Source of the DNA: Candidatus Competibacteraceae bacterium
Lineage (GTDB): Bacteria; Pseudomonadota; Gammaproteobacteria; Competibacterales; Competibacteraceae
Assembly (NCBI GenBank): GCA_046347625.1
Contig: JAXMFU010000001.1
Span: 671,512-735,511 of the forward strand
Length of the DNA stretch: 64,000 nt
Direction of reading: 5' to 3'
Position 1 is the stretch's first letter, and the number at the start of each line of letters is the position of its first letter. This document shows, in pieces, positions 23,357 through 33,597 of the stretch. The translations under genes were made by a program, and so were the position numbers. The notes under the pieces are model-generated. The model saw only the letters and a list, made by a program, of their open reading frames with translations. It did not search any database and was not told where the DNA came from.

Positions 23357-25429
23357 CTAAAGGCCGATTAGCTGATACATAATACTCCGCAGCTTGGCCG
23401 GTGGTACGGGTTTATGCAGCAGAGGATAACCGCTGGCCTGGGCTTCGCGCAGCCGATCGGGTGCGGTATCGCCGGTGATTACCAACACCGGAACCCGCCG
23501 GCCCAGGACAGCCTGCAGGGCCGCCGCCACATTCAGACCGGAGGCCTGACCGCGCAGCCGGTAATCCACAATCAACAGTTCCGGCGGCTGTGTGCTGTTC
23601 CCTGTCTTTTTTCGGGCCTCTTCCAGCGAGCCGGCCGTGGTGACCTGACAACCCCAGCTCTGAAGCAGACTCTTCATGGCCGCCAGGATGGTGGTATCGT
23701 CATCCAGGACCAGTACCCGGCGGTCTTTCAGTTCCAAAGTCGGCAATGTCGATGCCGGCAGTGAGGTCTGGCGAGGCGCCTTTCGGGCCAAAGGAACGGT
23801 AATCGCAAAGCAGGAGCCATGCCCCAGCCGCGAGCGGACCGTAATCTCATGCCCTAACAGTGCGGCTAAGCGCTTGACGATAGCTAGTCCTAACCCCAGT
23901 CCCTGGCGCCGGTCCCGCTCCGGATTACCCAGTTGATAGAATTCCTGAAAGATATCATCGAGCTTACTAGCGGGAATACCGGAGCCGGTATCATAGATCT
24001 CGAGGCGCAGCCGGGTGCCGCGCTGACGGGCGGCCAACAGTACCCGACCTTCGAGAGTATAGCGCAGGGCATTGGCGACTAGATTTCTGAGCATCCGCTC
24101 CAGCATGGCGGCGTCGCTCTGCACGATCGCTTGACAGGGACGCACGCGCAGGCTGTTGCCGTTTTCCTGGGCCATGGGTTGATACTCGGCTTCCAGCCGT
24201 TGGAACAGTCCAGCCATTGCGACCGGCCCTATCTTGGGTTGGACCACGCCGGCATCCAGTTTGGAAATATCCAACAGGGCATTGAGCATGGTATCGACCG
24301 CGTCGATCGCATCCTCGATCGGTTTGATCAGCGGTTCCGTCTCGGCACTACGCACCTTTGCCGCCAGGGCGGCGAAGAATAAACCGAGGGCATGAGTGGG
24401 TTGACGCAGATCGTGACTGGCGGTGGCCAGAAACCGGGTCTTGGCCGTATTGGCCTGCTCCGCCACCTGACGGGCCGCCTCCAGCGCTTGTTCCCGGCGC
24501 TTCCGGTCGCTGATATTGGCATAAGTCAATACCCGACCGCCGTCCGGCATGGCATTTTGCAAAATTTCGATGACGACGCCGTCCGAGCGTCGATACTCGA
24601 GCTGTTTTCCCGAAATGCCGGACAGCGGGGGGTCAGCGCTCCGCAATACGGTGTCCAGGGATTGACGACCGTCCGGTTGGAGGTTGTCAAGACCGAGCAG
24701 GTCCAGAAAATGTTGATTCCACATCCGCAGCCGGCCTTCTCGATCGACTACGCTGATGCCCTGCTGCATATTTTGCAGCGTAGTCTCCAACAGGGCGGAT
24801 TTTTCCTCGGTCTCCCGGCGCAGAGCGATATTCTCGAATCGAAGTCGCAGCGATTCGTTGAGCACCCGGTGTACGTTGCTGAGATAAATCAAATTGATCA
24901 CCAGATTGAGAGCGACCAGAATGGCCAGCGCCATGCCCACTTTGCCGCCGCGTAACCACAATATTGCAGTCAGAGATGTCAGGATCGGTACGGCAAACGT
25001 GATAAAGGCCGGCGGATAGGATGCAAAAGCTACGGTGCCACCGGCACAGATCACATTCAAAATAAGGGTAATCGCAATCAGGCTTGCCGGTTGAGCCGGA
25101 TCCAGGAACAGGATGGGCGCTACCCCCCAGATAAGGCCAAAGATCCCCGTCAGGACCGCGGTTATCAAGCCCCACCGGGGCGCCGCTTCGGGAGAGGGCG
25201 GCTGTTGCCGATAGGCCCGGATGAGAAGCATGCGAATAAGCGCCGTACTATAGAGGGCGGCAAGCCAGCCAAGCAGACTGTCATGGGGCGCGGTGTCCCA
25301 CAGGATGAAAAACAACACGGCGCCGGTAATGATATGGGCGATAAAGATGGCGATATAAGCCGGGCGAAACAGGGTACGGATATGCTCGGCCTGAATTTCG
25401 GCCTGGGGAATCCGGTGGTCTGGGGTCAT
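23357..25429 (-). CDS. Hybrid sensor histidine kinase / response regulator: a membrane N-terminal domain, then PAS, HisKA, HATPase and REC domains.
   Basis: Multiple transmembrane helices. H-box SHDLRQP. HATPase motif DTGSGIP. C-terminal receiver domain with VLVLDDD. Confidence 0.85.
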   Translation of the reverse strand: MTPDHRIPQAEIQAEHIRTLFRPAYIAIFIAHIITGAVLFFILWDTAPHDSLLGWLAALYSTALIRMLLIRAYRQQPPSPEAAPRWGLITAVLTGIFGLIWGVAPILFLDPAQPASLIAITLILNVICAGGTVAFASYPPAFITFAVPILTSLTAILWLRGGKVGMALAILVALNLVINLIYLSNVHRVLNESLRLRFENIALRRETEEKSALLETTLQNMQQGISVVDREGRLRMWNQHFLDLLGLDNLQPDGRQSLDTVLRSADPPLSGISGKQLEYRRSDGVVIEILQNAMPDGGRVLTYANISDRKRREQALEAARQVAEQANTAKTRFLATASHDLRQPTHALGLFFAALAAKVRSAETEPLIKPIEDAIDAVDTMLNALLDISKLDAGVVQPKIGPVAMAGLFQRLEAEYQPMAQENGNSLRVRPCQAIVQSDAAMLERMLRNLVANALRYTLEGRVLLAARQRGTRLRLEIYDTGSGIPASKLDDIFQEFYQLGNPERDRRQGLGLGLAIVKRLAALLGHEITVRSRLGHGSCFAITVPLARKAPRQTSLPASTLPTLELKDRRVLVLDDDTTILAAMKSLLQSWGCQVTTAGSLEEARKKTGNSTQPPELLIVDYRLRGQASGLNVAAALQAVLGRRVPVLVITGDTAPDRLREAQASGYPLLHKPVPPAKLRSIMYQLIGL

Positions 25430-25537
25430 GAGGGTTTTACCTTATGCCAGGGGTGATCTCGTTATTGTTTTAGCTTAACGCATACGGTCGACAAATTAAA
25501 AATATCGATTCCGTCAGGTAGGGGTGCCAAGACAAAA

Positions 25538-25578
25538 AAACCACCCGGTAGTACTCTGTCGGTACTACCGGGCGGCTG
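25538..25578 (-). terminator. Rho-independent terminator downstream of the phasin gene.
   Basis: Read on the minus strand, cccggtagtaccgacagagtactaccggg is followed by a T run. Confidence 0.5.
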
Positions 25579-25605
25579 CTTATCAAACCGGTGAAAAGGT
25601 TAAGT

Positions 25606-26055
25606 TCAGGCGGCTTCGCCGATGCTGCGGATATTGGCCTTCCGGGGCGCCATTCTGGCTTCCTCAGCCTTGATCATTTCCTTGATGCTCTCTTGCAGTA
25701 CATTGACCTGCCGGGCAAGGTCCTGAATGTCATCACGACTAGGCACCCCCAGACGGTGCAGGGCGCGCGTAACCCGCTTCTGGAATGCTTTCTCCAGCTT
25801 GTTCAGGTTGTCGACAGCGCTTTCCCGGGCTTCGTCCAAGCGATCTTTCAATTCCTCGACCGCATCTTCGGCCTTTTGCATTGCCTGTGCCTCCAGTTCC
25901 TCGCCACGCTTGACCAGGGTATCGAACAGTTTGTTGCCTTCCTTTTCTGCTTTAGCGAGCGCGCCCAGACCGGCCAGCCAGACCTGCCGGGCATATTCTA
26001 TGGCGTTGTCGGCCATCGGATTATCGATCAGGGTAGTAGTCACGGTGGCGACCAT
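25606..26055 (-). CDS. Phasin-family PHA-granule-associated protein.
   Basis: VWLAGLGALAKAEKEGNKLFDTLVKRGEE resembles the PhaF/PhaI N-terminal phasin domain. Helical and charged. Confidence 0.65.
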   Translation of the reverse strand: MVATVTTTLIDNPMADNAIEYARQVWLAGLGALAKAEKEGNKLFDTLVKRGEELEAQAMQKAEDAVEELKDRLDEARESAVDNLNKLEKAFQKRVTRALHRLGVPSRDDIQDLARQVNVLQESIKEMIKAEEARMAPRKANIRSIGEAA

Positions 26056-26317
26056 TTTACCTCCTTAACTTAAGCAAGAGTGCGGATAGACTAACCGGGT
26101 GGGGACGATAACAGTACTGTCAAACCGTTGACTGTCGATTCCCAATTACCCTGAACTTTAATCAAAAAAATTAGAATAAACACCCTATTAGCCTGTTCGT
26201 GACGGTTCTCGGTGCGGGTGCCTGGAACCGTGAGCCGGCGGGAAACCAAGCCGCTGGTGGTGCGTCAAAGAATAACGAACAGCTAATACCAATTTGGTTG
26301 GAGTTTCAACGTAAACC

Positions 26318-26384
26318 GTAGGGTGGGCATGGCCCACCTTCGGTAGCGAAATCAAAAGGATAAGGTGGGCCATGCCCACCCTAC
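26318..26384. repeat. REP-like inverted pair, family B (second copy).
   Basis: Same arm sequences as at 21098-21162. Confidence 0.7.
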
Positions 26385-26777
26385 CTGGTGCTTTTAAACC
26401 CGAAACTTATTAAGATTTGGTATAAGGTCCCGGCTGGGCCGGTTGAACCCATCTGGCGGCCTCTGCATTATGATCGAGTGTTAGCTGGGAGTGCAGGCGT
26501 CCTTACCGGTTTGAGGGTGGCAAGGCTGCTGCGATGTTGGGTTACGGCGCGCCGGCCCGTTCCTGCTATCTCCAACCGTTCAGCGAGCGGCGCGCCTAAC
26601 CCAACCTACCGTACCGGTTTTAATTACACGCTGCTGTGAATTTAACTGGATTACCTGGCATGGTCCTAATACAATTGACCGTTTAATGTAGATCGGCCGG
26701 GTAGGATGCCAGGTCTATGATTCCCCTCTGATGACTCCCTGCATCACTGCAATCTCTAACTCAAAGAGAGGTAAAAA

Positions 26778-28463
26778 ATGGTGGATACGGTGGAACGTGA
26801 AAGTATGGAGTACGATGTCGTTATCGTCGGCGCCGGTCCTGCCGGTCTGTCGGCGGCGATTCGCCTCAAGCAACTGGCGGCTGCGAAAGAACAAGAAATC
26901 GGCGTCTGCGTACTCGAAAAAGGGTCTGCGGTAGGCTCTCATATTCTGTCCGGCGCGGTCCTGGAACCGCGTGCCCTTAATGAACTGCTGCCCGATTGGA
27001 AGGAACGTGGCGCCCCGCTGAATGTGCCGGCGACGGATGACAGCTTCCTGCTGTTGACCAGCCAGACTTCGTATAAGTTGCCCACGCCGCCGCAGATGCA
27101 TAATCACGGCAACTATATCATCAGCGAGGCCAACTTCTGTCGCTGGCTGGCAACACAGGCGGAAGAACTGGGCGTGGAAATCTATCCCGGTTTTCCGGCG
27201 GCGCAGCTCATCTATGGAGATGATGGCAGCGTCCAAGGTGTGATTACCGGCGATAAAGGGCTGAGCAAAGATTGGCAGCCGACCGAAAACTTTGAGCCGG
27301 GCATGGAACTGCGCGCTAAATATACGATGATCGCCGAGGGTTGTCGCGGTTCGCTGACCCGGCAACTGGAGACCCGCTTCAAGCTGCGGGAAAATCTGGA
27401 CCCGGCGATTTACGGCAAGACCAAAGCCGACCCACAGACCTACGGTATCGGTGTCAAGGAAATCTGGGAAGTCGATCCCGCCAAGCATCAGCCGGGTAAG
27501 ATCGTCCATACCGTCGGCTGGCCACTGGATCTGAATACTTATGGGGGATCTTTCCTCTATCACATCGAGAACAATCAGGTGGCGGTCGGCTTCGTGGTCG
27601 GGTTGGATTACACCAATCCCTTCTTAAGTCCGTTCGAGGAGTTCCAGCGCTTCAAGACCCATCCGGATATCCGCCCCTTGTTCGAGGGCGGAACCCGCAA
27701 AGCTTACGGCGCCCGCGCGTTGAACGAGGGTGGCTGGCAATCGATTCCCAAGCTGACCTTCCCCGGCGGCATGTTGATCGGCTGCTCGGCGGGTTTCCTC
27801 AATACCCCCAAGATCAAGGGTATTCACAACGCTATGAAGTCGGCGATGACGGCGGCGGAGGTGGTCTTCGAAGCCGTGGGGCAGGGCGCCAGCGTCAAGG
27901 AACTGGTCGAGTATCCCCGGCGGTTGCTGGATCGGAAGACGAGTTGGCTGGCGGATGAATTGTTCCGGGCGCGCAATATCCGGCCCTCGTTCCAGTACGG
28001 TACTCTGTTTGCCTTCGCTTATTCCGGTCTGGATACCTACGTCTTCCGGGGGAAGGCGCCGTGGACGATGCATTTCCATCATGCCGACAACCAGACGCTG
28101 AAGAAGGCCGGCGAATCCCGGCGGATCGAGTATCCCAAGCCGGATGGCAAGATCAGCTTCGACCGCTTGTCGTCGGTATTCCTGTCCAACACCCATCACG
28201 GCGAACATCAGCCGGCCCATCTGACGCTCAAGGATGCTGCGGTGCCGGTCAAGATCAATCTCAAGGAATACGATGCACCGGAAGAGCGCTATTGCCCGGC
28301 GGGGGTCTATGAGATTGTCGGCAGAGATACCGGCGATGCACGCTTGCAGATCAACTTCTCCAACTGCGTGCACTGCAAGACCTGCGATATCAAGGATCCC
28401 ACCCAGAATATCGTCTGGGTGCCGCCGGAAGGTGGCGACGGACCGGAATATCCGAATATGTAA
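26778..28463 (+). CDS. Electron-transferring-flavoprotein:ubiquinone oxidoreductase.
   Basis: FAD fingerprint VVIVGAGPAGLSAA. C-terminal 4Fe-4S motif CVHCKTCDIKDP. Confidence 0.9.
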   Translation: MVDTVERESMEYDVVIVGAGPAGLSAAIRLKQLAAAKEQEIGVCVLEKGSAVGSHILSGAVLEPRALNELLPDWKERGAPLNVPATDDSFLLLTSQTSYKLPTPPQMHNHGNYIISEANFCRWLATQAEELGVEIYPGFPAAQLIYGDDGSVQGVITGDKGLSKDWQPTENFEPGMELRAKYTMIAEGCRGSLTRQLETRFKLRENLDPAIYGKTKADPQTYGIGVKEIWEVDPAKHQPGKIVHTVGWPLDLNTYGGSFLYHIENNQVAVGFVVGLDYTNPFLSPFEEFQRFKTHPDIRPLFEGGTRKAYGARALNEGGWQSIPKLTFPGGMLIGCSAGFLNTPKIKGIHNAMKSAMTAAEVVFEAVGQGASVKELVEYPRRLLDRKTSWLADELFRARNIRPSFQYGTLFAFAYSGLDTYVFRGKAPWTMHFHHADNQTLKKAGESRRIEYPKPDGKISFDRLSSVFLSNTHHGEHQPAHLTLKDAAVPVKINLKEYDAPEERYCPAGVYEIVGRDTGDARLQINFSNCVHCKTCDIKDPTQNIVWVPPEGGDGPEYPNM

Positions 28464-28489
28464 TCCTGTAAGCTTCCTGTAAGCTTGGT

Positions 28490-28535
28490 ACCATACCGCC
28501 GGCGTCCCGATCGGGAGGTCGGCGGTTTTTTATTG
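28490..28535 (+). terminator. Rho-independent terminator after the ETF-QO gene.
   Basis: ccgccggcgtcccgatcgggaggtcggcgg followed by tttttt. Confidence 0.5.
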
Positions 28536-28617
28536 CCGAATCCGGATGTAGGGCACTATTCCTTGCTTTCATGGTCTATGTTTCCTGAACTTTACACCAT
28601 AAGCCCGGAGGTTTTTA

Positions 28618-29286
28618 ATGGCGGAAAGAAATTACGCGGTACTGAGTCCTGTGCAAGGGGTGCTGAGCACCAATAAGGTACTGCGCAATACCTATGCGCT
28701 ACTGTCCATGACCTTGCTGTTCAGTGCGCTGACGGCCGGTTTGGCGATGGTCAGCAACGCCCCACCGTTACCTTGGTTTATTGTCCTGGCAGGCTATTTC
28801 GGCCTGTTCTTTCTGACGGCCAGGCTGAGTAACAGTGCCTGGGGATTGGCGGCGGTATTCGCGCTGACCGGCTTTATGGGTTATACCCTGGGGCCGATTC
28901 TCAATCTTTATCTATCGCTGCCTAACGGTCCACAGATTGTGATGACCGCGCTGGGTGGAACCGGCGCTATCTTCCTGGGATTGTCGGCCTATGCCTTGGT
29001 TACCCGTAAAGATTTCAACTTTATGGGTGGCTTCCTGATGGTCGGTATGCTGGTGGTCGTTCTGGCCATGCTCGCCAATATTTTTCTGGCGATTCCGGCT
29101 TTGACGATGACGCTGTCGGCCGTGGTTATCCTGCTGATGGCCGGTTTTATCCTGTACGATACCAGCCGGATTATCAACGGCGGCGAGACCAACTACATCA
29201 TGGCTACCGTCGCCCTGTACATCGATATTTATAACCTGTTTATCAACCTGCTGCAGCTTTTAGGCATCTTCAGCGGCGACGACTGA
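28618..29286 (+). CDS. yccA: Bax-inhibitor-1 / YccA-family membrane protein.
   Basis: Seven-transmembrane profile. The N-terminus MAERNYAVLSPVQGVLSTNKVLRNTYALLSMTL is typical. Confidence 0.85.
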   Translation: MAERNYAVLSPVQGVLSTNKVLRNTYALLSMTLLFSALTAGLAMVSNAPPLPWFIVLAGYFGLFFLTARLSNSAWGLAAVFALTGFMGYTLGPILNLYLSLPNGPQIVMTALGGTGAIFLGLSAYALVTRKDFNFMGGFLMVGMLVVVLAMLANIFLAIPALTMTLSAVVILLMAGFILYDTSRIINGGETNYIMATVALYIDIYNLFINLLQLLGIFSGDD

Positions 29287-29317
29287 GACCTTCTCTTCGG
29301 TGGCAGTCCGGCAGAAC

Positions 29318-29350
29318 TCCAAGCCCCGCACAGCGGGGCTTTTTTATGTT
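29318..29350. terminator. Bidirectional terminator between yccA and the convergent 581-aa gene.
   Basis: aagccccgcacagcggggctttttt. Confidence 0.6.
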
Positions 29351-29440
29351 CGAGTGCTGCGTTTCATCGTACGGCTGCCGGGCTCGAAGCCCGCCGGTTT
29401 GCGGCTGATCCAGTCGATAAAGCGGCGGATATCGGCCGGA

Positions 29441-31186
29441 TTAGAGCATCCCTTTTCCCGAAGCGGCGCTCAGTTCTTTGAGAAAAGCCCGGTGGCGGGG
29501 GAAACGGTTGCGGATTTCCGCCAGCAGCAGGCTGCCATCCTGGCGGTTCCCGCGCAACCGAAGCACCTCCGCGCAGGCACTGATCAAAACGGCGGCTTTG
29601 TCGTAACTGTCCCGATGCTGGCCGCTGACGATGGCTTCCACCCGCTGCCTGGCGGTTTCCAGACACCAGGCCAACACCTGTTCCTGGGCGGCGATATCGA
29701 GCGTTACCCGTGGGAACAGGGTGGTGTAAATCCGCTCCAGACGTTCGGTGGGAGAGACCTCTTCGGGCGTTAGCTTCCAGTCGCTGAAGCTGACACTGTT
29801 GTGCAGGTTCCACAGCCAGATCTGGCGGACATTATCCGGCAGGGCGCCGGACGGTTTGCCGGAAAGCAACACCAGGAGGAATGCCACCACCAGTCCCTGT
29901 GGATTCGTGCTGCTGCTCCAGCCCAGGACCTTCGCCGGCAGGCTGAGTTCATAGGCGGCCTGCCAGTCACCGGCCAGCAGATAGGCATGTGCCAGGGCAG
30001 ATTCATGCACCCGGATCGGCGTTTCCAGGTCATCCGTTTGCCGGTACAGTGACTCCAGATAGCTCGATGGCTGGGCCAGGCAGTTCCGTAAATAATCGGC
30101 GGCAGCCCGCATGGTCTGCGGCTGTTGCGGTGCCGGCGTTGCATCCCACAGTTCCAGCAGGCGTCGCAAGGCGGGCTTGGCCTGGAATGCCTCCCAGCGG
30201 GCTACCTGAAGCAGTTCCGGCTGTTGCAACGTGGTGGCGGCCTGATAGACATAATCGGCGATGGCCGCCCGGATGGGCAGGGCAGGGGGCAGTGCCCGCA
30301 AGGCTTCCTGAGCGGCCTCCAGCAACTGTCGAGGTTGTGCCTCCTGTGCCAGGACGGCACACCAGTCCAGATAGGCGCGGGGTCGCTGTAAGCCCTGGTT
30401 GCGCGCCAGTTCCGCCAGTCCGGCGGCGCCGTAGGCAAGACGGATCGCCTCCCGTAACCAGGTGTCGGCTTCGTAGCCCTCCCGGGTCCGCAGCCAGGCT
30501 ATCCAGGCGCTCAGGAATGACGCCTGATCGGATAATGGCTGTGGGGATACGTCCAGTAAATCGCTCAGTATGGGTAGATGGCCGCTGCCCCAGGGATGCA
30601 CTTCCAGCAATTGCTCGAACAGGATAGCGGGCCGCTGCGGGAGCGGTTCAGTCTCGTAAACGGCGCGCAGATAACGGGCGATAGCCGCATCGATATCGAC
30701 GTCTTCCAGATCGGCGGCTCTCACCCCACGGCCATAGTCGTCTTCCAGGTTCAAGACGGCGAACAGTTTCCGATAGGCCCCGCGAGCCAGGGTCAGATTG
30801 CCCTGATCGAATACCGCCTCGGTGCGGTCGAATAGAATGCTCAAGGGATCCACGAACACGACATAAGGTCCCAGCCGGTCCTCATCGTCCCATTCCTGCC
30901 AGCCGTAACGATCCTCGTCGCAATTGTCCATTTCGTTTTGCAACTCCAGCACCAGATCGTCGATATCGGCCAGCAGATCTTCCTGCTGCACGGCTTGCAA
31001 AATGCCGGCATCGGTGCCAGCCGGTGGTGGTTGCAGTCTATCCAGAAATGCCTGCCGTTCGCTGGGCAGCGTTTCCCGCGCGATGAGCCGCAGAATGGTG
31101 CGCAGTTCCTCGGCGGAACAGGTCGTCAACCGCTGTTCGACGGCATCCCAGAAAGTTTTGAACGGCAGCTTGGCGCTGGAGGACAT
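29441..31186 (-). CDS. Large acidic hypothetical protein, 581 aa, with no recognisable domain.
   Basis: Long uninterrupted ORF. Flanked by a terminator and sitting upstream of an SPFH gene on the same strand. Confidence 0.6.
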   Translation of the reverse strand: MSSSAKLPFKTFWDAVEQRLTTCSAEELRTILRLIARETLPSERQAFLDRLQPPPAGTDAGILQAVQQEDLLADIDDLVLELQNEMDNCDEDRYGWQEWDDEDRLGPYVVFVDPLSILFDRTEAVFDQGNLTLARGAYRKLFAVLNLEDDYGRGVRAADLEDVDIDAAIARYLRAVYETEPLPQRPAILFEQLLEVHPWGSGHLPILSDLLDVSPQPLSDQASFLSAWIAWLRTREGYEADTWLREAIRLAYGAAGLAELARNQGLQRPRAYLDWCAVLAQEAQPRQLLEAAQEALRALPPALPIRAAIADYVYQAATTLQQPELLQVARWEAFQAKPALRRLLELWDATPAPQQPQTMRAAADYLRNCLAQPSSYLESLYRQTDDLETPIRVHESALAHAYLLAGDWQAAYELSLPAKVLGWSSSTNPQGLVVAFLLVLLSGKPSGALPDNVRQIWLWNLHNSVSFSDWKLTPEEVSPTERLERIYTTLFPRVTLDIAAQEQVLAWCLETARQRVEAIVSGQHRDSYDKAAVLISACAEVLRLRGNRQDGSLLLAEIRNRFPRHRAFLKELSAASGKGML

Positions 31187-31294
31187 GGATTTCGGACCTC
31201 GGAACGATCAGGTAGGCAATACGGCTTTGAGTTTACTACTTTTCCGAGATTTGGGTTACCTGTGGACCGATTGCCTGCACATCATTCCCTGGCT

Positions 31295-31367
31295 GTAGGA
31301 GCGAGCTTGCTCGCGAAGGGAACGGGCAATGCCAACCCGGCCGGTTCACAAGCAAGCTCGCTCCTAC
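31295..31367. repeat. REP-like palindrome, family A.
   Basis: gtaggagcgagcttgctcg ... caagctcgctcctac. Confidence 0.7.
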
Positions 31368-31432
31368 CGCTGATAGAATCCCGCCGCCGTCTCGATATAA
31401 CTGTTCAGGACGGCGGCAAGGATGATGGCTGC

Positions 31433-32569
31433 TTATGCCCGGATCTTCACCAGATCCTTAAGCACCCCGTCGAGACCACCGAAAACGGAAATCCTATCGA
31501 TCTTTTCGGTAACCTTTTCCAGGGTTTCCAGTTCCTTCAGCCGCAAGGCGACCGGGTTGTCTTCCATGACCTTGGCGGTGTTGAGCAGCGAGCGGGTCGC
31601 CGCCGTTTCTTCACGACGACGGATCACGTTCGCCTGGGCGGATTTTTCCGCTTCCACCACCTTGGCCAGGATGGTCTTCATGTCGCCCGGCAGGATGATA
31701 TCCTTCACCCCGACCGATTCGATCGTCAGACCGAAACCTTCCACCACCCGCCGGATGTGGGCCGATACGACCTCATCGATCACCCCCTTGTTCTCCAGCA
31801 ACTCATCGAGGGTGCGGGTACCGACCGCGGCGCGCAGACCGAACTGCAATTCCTTGTACAGATAATCGACCGGCTTGGCCTGGCGGGCGAAAGCCAGCTT
31901 GACATCGCTGATGCGGTAACCGGCGGTGAGGTTCACGCGCAGCGCGACCTTATCCCGGGTCAGAATCTCCTGACCGGATACTTCGAGCGCCTGCAATCTC
32001 AGGTCCACCGTCTCCGCGCGCAACTCACGGTTGAACCGGAAGTAGGCGTGCAGCCCTGGTTCGAGTATCCGCTCGATCCTGCCGTCGACGTAGAACACGC
32101 CGACATGGTACTCCGGAACCTGGAGCGCGTAGACACCTTCGACACCCGCCACCCGGAAGCCACCGCGACCGCCGTGGGCCAGCAACGGCACGAGCGCGGG
32201 CGGTACCTCGAATTGCTCGCCGATAGCAATCACCTCATGGCGAATATCGATAAAACCCTTCCAGTACAGCCGGCGCGTGTTCGGCGCGAGCAGTTCCACC
32301 AGCACCTCGTTCTCGTAACGCAGGGCGATGTCGGTCGCGCCGAGTTCGATCACGTGGAAGTGCTCGGCGGCCAGCGCCGGTTCTTCCTTGAGCAGATACT
32401 CCGCCAGCCGATGCTCGAACCGGGGCTGTTGCAATGCGTACACTTCGACCGCCAGCCGCGCCAGTGGGTCGAAAAAGCGGTGCTCACCCGGACCCAGAAT
32501 GGTGACGAAGTCGCCCTTGCGGAACAGCAGCGCGCGCTCGTCCTTCTTGATCAAAAACGTTCTTAACAT
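31433..32569 (-). CDS. SPFH/band-7-domain protein with an extra N-terminal domain and no obvious membrane anchor.
   Basis: C-terminal KDIILPGDMKTILAKVVEAEKSAQANVIRRREETAA is the SPFH signature. The start was set at MLRTFLIKK. Confidence 0.7.
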   Translation of the reverse strand: MLRTFLIKKDERALLFRKGDFVTILGPGEHRFFDPLARLAVEVYALQQPRFEHRLAEYLLKEEPALAAEHFHVIELGATDIALRYENEVLVELLAPNTRRLYWKGFIDIRHEVIAIGEQFEVPPALVPLLAHGGRGGFRVAGVEGVYALQVPEYHVGVFYVDGRIERILEPGLHAYFRFNRELRAETVDLRLQALEVSGQEILTRDKVALRVNLTAGYRISDVKLAFARQAKPVDYLYKELQFGLRAAVGTRTLDELLENKGVIDEVVSAHIRRVVEGFGLTIESVGVKDIILPGDMKTILAKVVEAEKSAQANVIRRREETAATRSLLNTAKVMEDNPVALRLKELETLEKVTEKIDRISVFGGLDGVLKDLVKIRA

Positions 32570-32898
32570 GGTATTCACCTTCCAATAGAGGTCGTTACAC
32601 TTCCACGCAGGGAATAGCAGGGGTCCCCACACCACCCTTGGGAGCAGAGTCTCCCAACGTAAACTGGAGGGCCGGCCGCCCGCCGTCGCGACGGGCCTCC
32701 GCTCGAACGCGGCGGGGAAGTCAGTCGCGCCTTGTCGACCGGTGGCCCTCGGTTCCCACCCTCCCGGCGGAAACGTCGGGCCGCCAAGTCCACTTGGCGG
32801 GTACTGCTTCGCTCACCGCGCTGAAGCGGCGCGCAGGTGCGGCGGTCGGTGCGGATAAGGCATTCGCCTTACCCGCCGAGGCCGGCCCGGGTACTACT

Positions 32899-32921
32899 GA
32901 AAACCTCTTTTCAGGAGGTTT
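32899..32921 (-). terminator. Hairpin plus T-run immediately downstream of the tRNA-like pair.
   Basis: Read on the minus strand: aaacctcctgaaaagaggttttc. Confidence 0.4.
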
Positions 32922-32988
32922 GGAGCGGGAATCGAACCCGCGTACATCGATTTGCAGTCGATTGCTCAACCAACTGAGCTATCCAAGG
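32917..32988 (-). tRNA. tRNA-like sequence with a GCA anticodon (Cys?). D-, anticodon and T-arms are canonical, but the first two acceptor pairs are mismatched and no CCA is encoded.
   Basis: GGATAGCTCAGTTGGTTGAGCA ATCGA CTGCAAA TCGAT GTAC GCGGGTTCGATTCCCGC. The acceptor pairs 5 of 7 positions. Confidence 0.4.
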
Positions 32989-33059
32989 AGATGAACATGG
33001 GAATCGAACCCATGACCCCGGGAGCTTCGTCCCGTGCTCTACCACTGAGCTAGATCACA
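32989..33059 (-). tRNA. tRNA-like sequence (Phe-like, GAA?). It has a 6-nt anticodon loop and an imperfect acceptor stem; it is probably a pseudo-tRNA.
   Basis: TAGCTCAGTGGTAGAGCA CGGGA CGAAGC TCCCG GGGTC ATGGGTTCGATTCCCAT. It abuts the next tRNA-like sequence with no spacer. Confidence 0.3.
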
Positions 33060-33597
33060 TGTGGCATCCACCGCTTCCCAGACCACGGTATACGTCCGTT
33101 CGATTCGCAGAGCGGACGCACCAGCCAGGACTCACGAGCCTGTACCGCTGCGGGCTGTTGGTCGATGAATTCGTTGGGCACCAAGGGCGCCGAAAACCGT
33201 AAAACGAAAAGCCCGGATCACACTGCGTGCAATCCGGGCTTCTGGAGAAAACCGTGCGTGGATTCGCTTAAGCGATAAACCTCCACGCATGCCCGGATTG
33301 TTCGCACGGCCGATCACAGCCGATAGCAGAATTCAGATAAACGCTGCCGACAAACCATGGCTGTTGCCACCATGCCGGGGTCCGGCCTGTAAAGCCATGA
33401 CCGCGGACGAGCGCACTCGCGGCTATGCCTTGGCACAGCGCGTGCAGCGACTCGATCATCAAGGAGGGCGACAACAACATGAGTGCGAATACCAGAAATA
33501 TTGATAAGTTAAAGTGGGCAGGTATCATAGTCGCCTGGATTTGCACTGTCAAGCTCAAAAGTTGTTTCCTATATCAAAATCGATATAATGCCGATCT

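Noticed and set aside
29364-30627. A stack of overlapping ORFs on both strands inside the 581-aa gene.
   Set aside because: All are shorter than the 581-aa frame and compositionally skewed towards Arg/Pro. Only the long minus-strand frame is retained.
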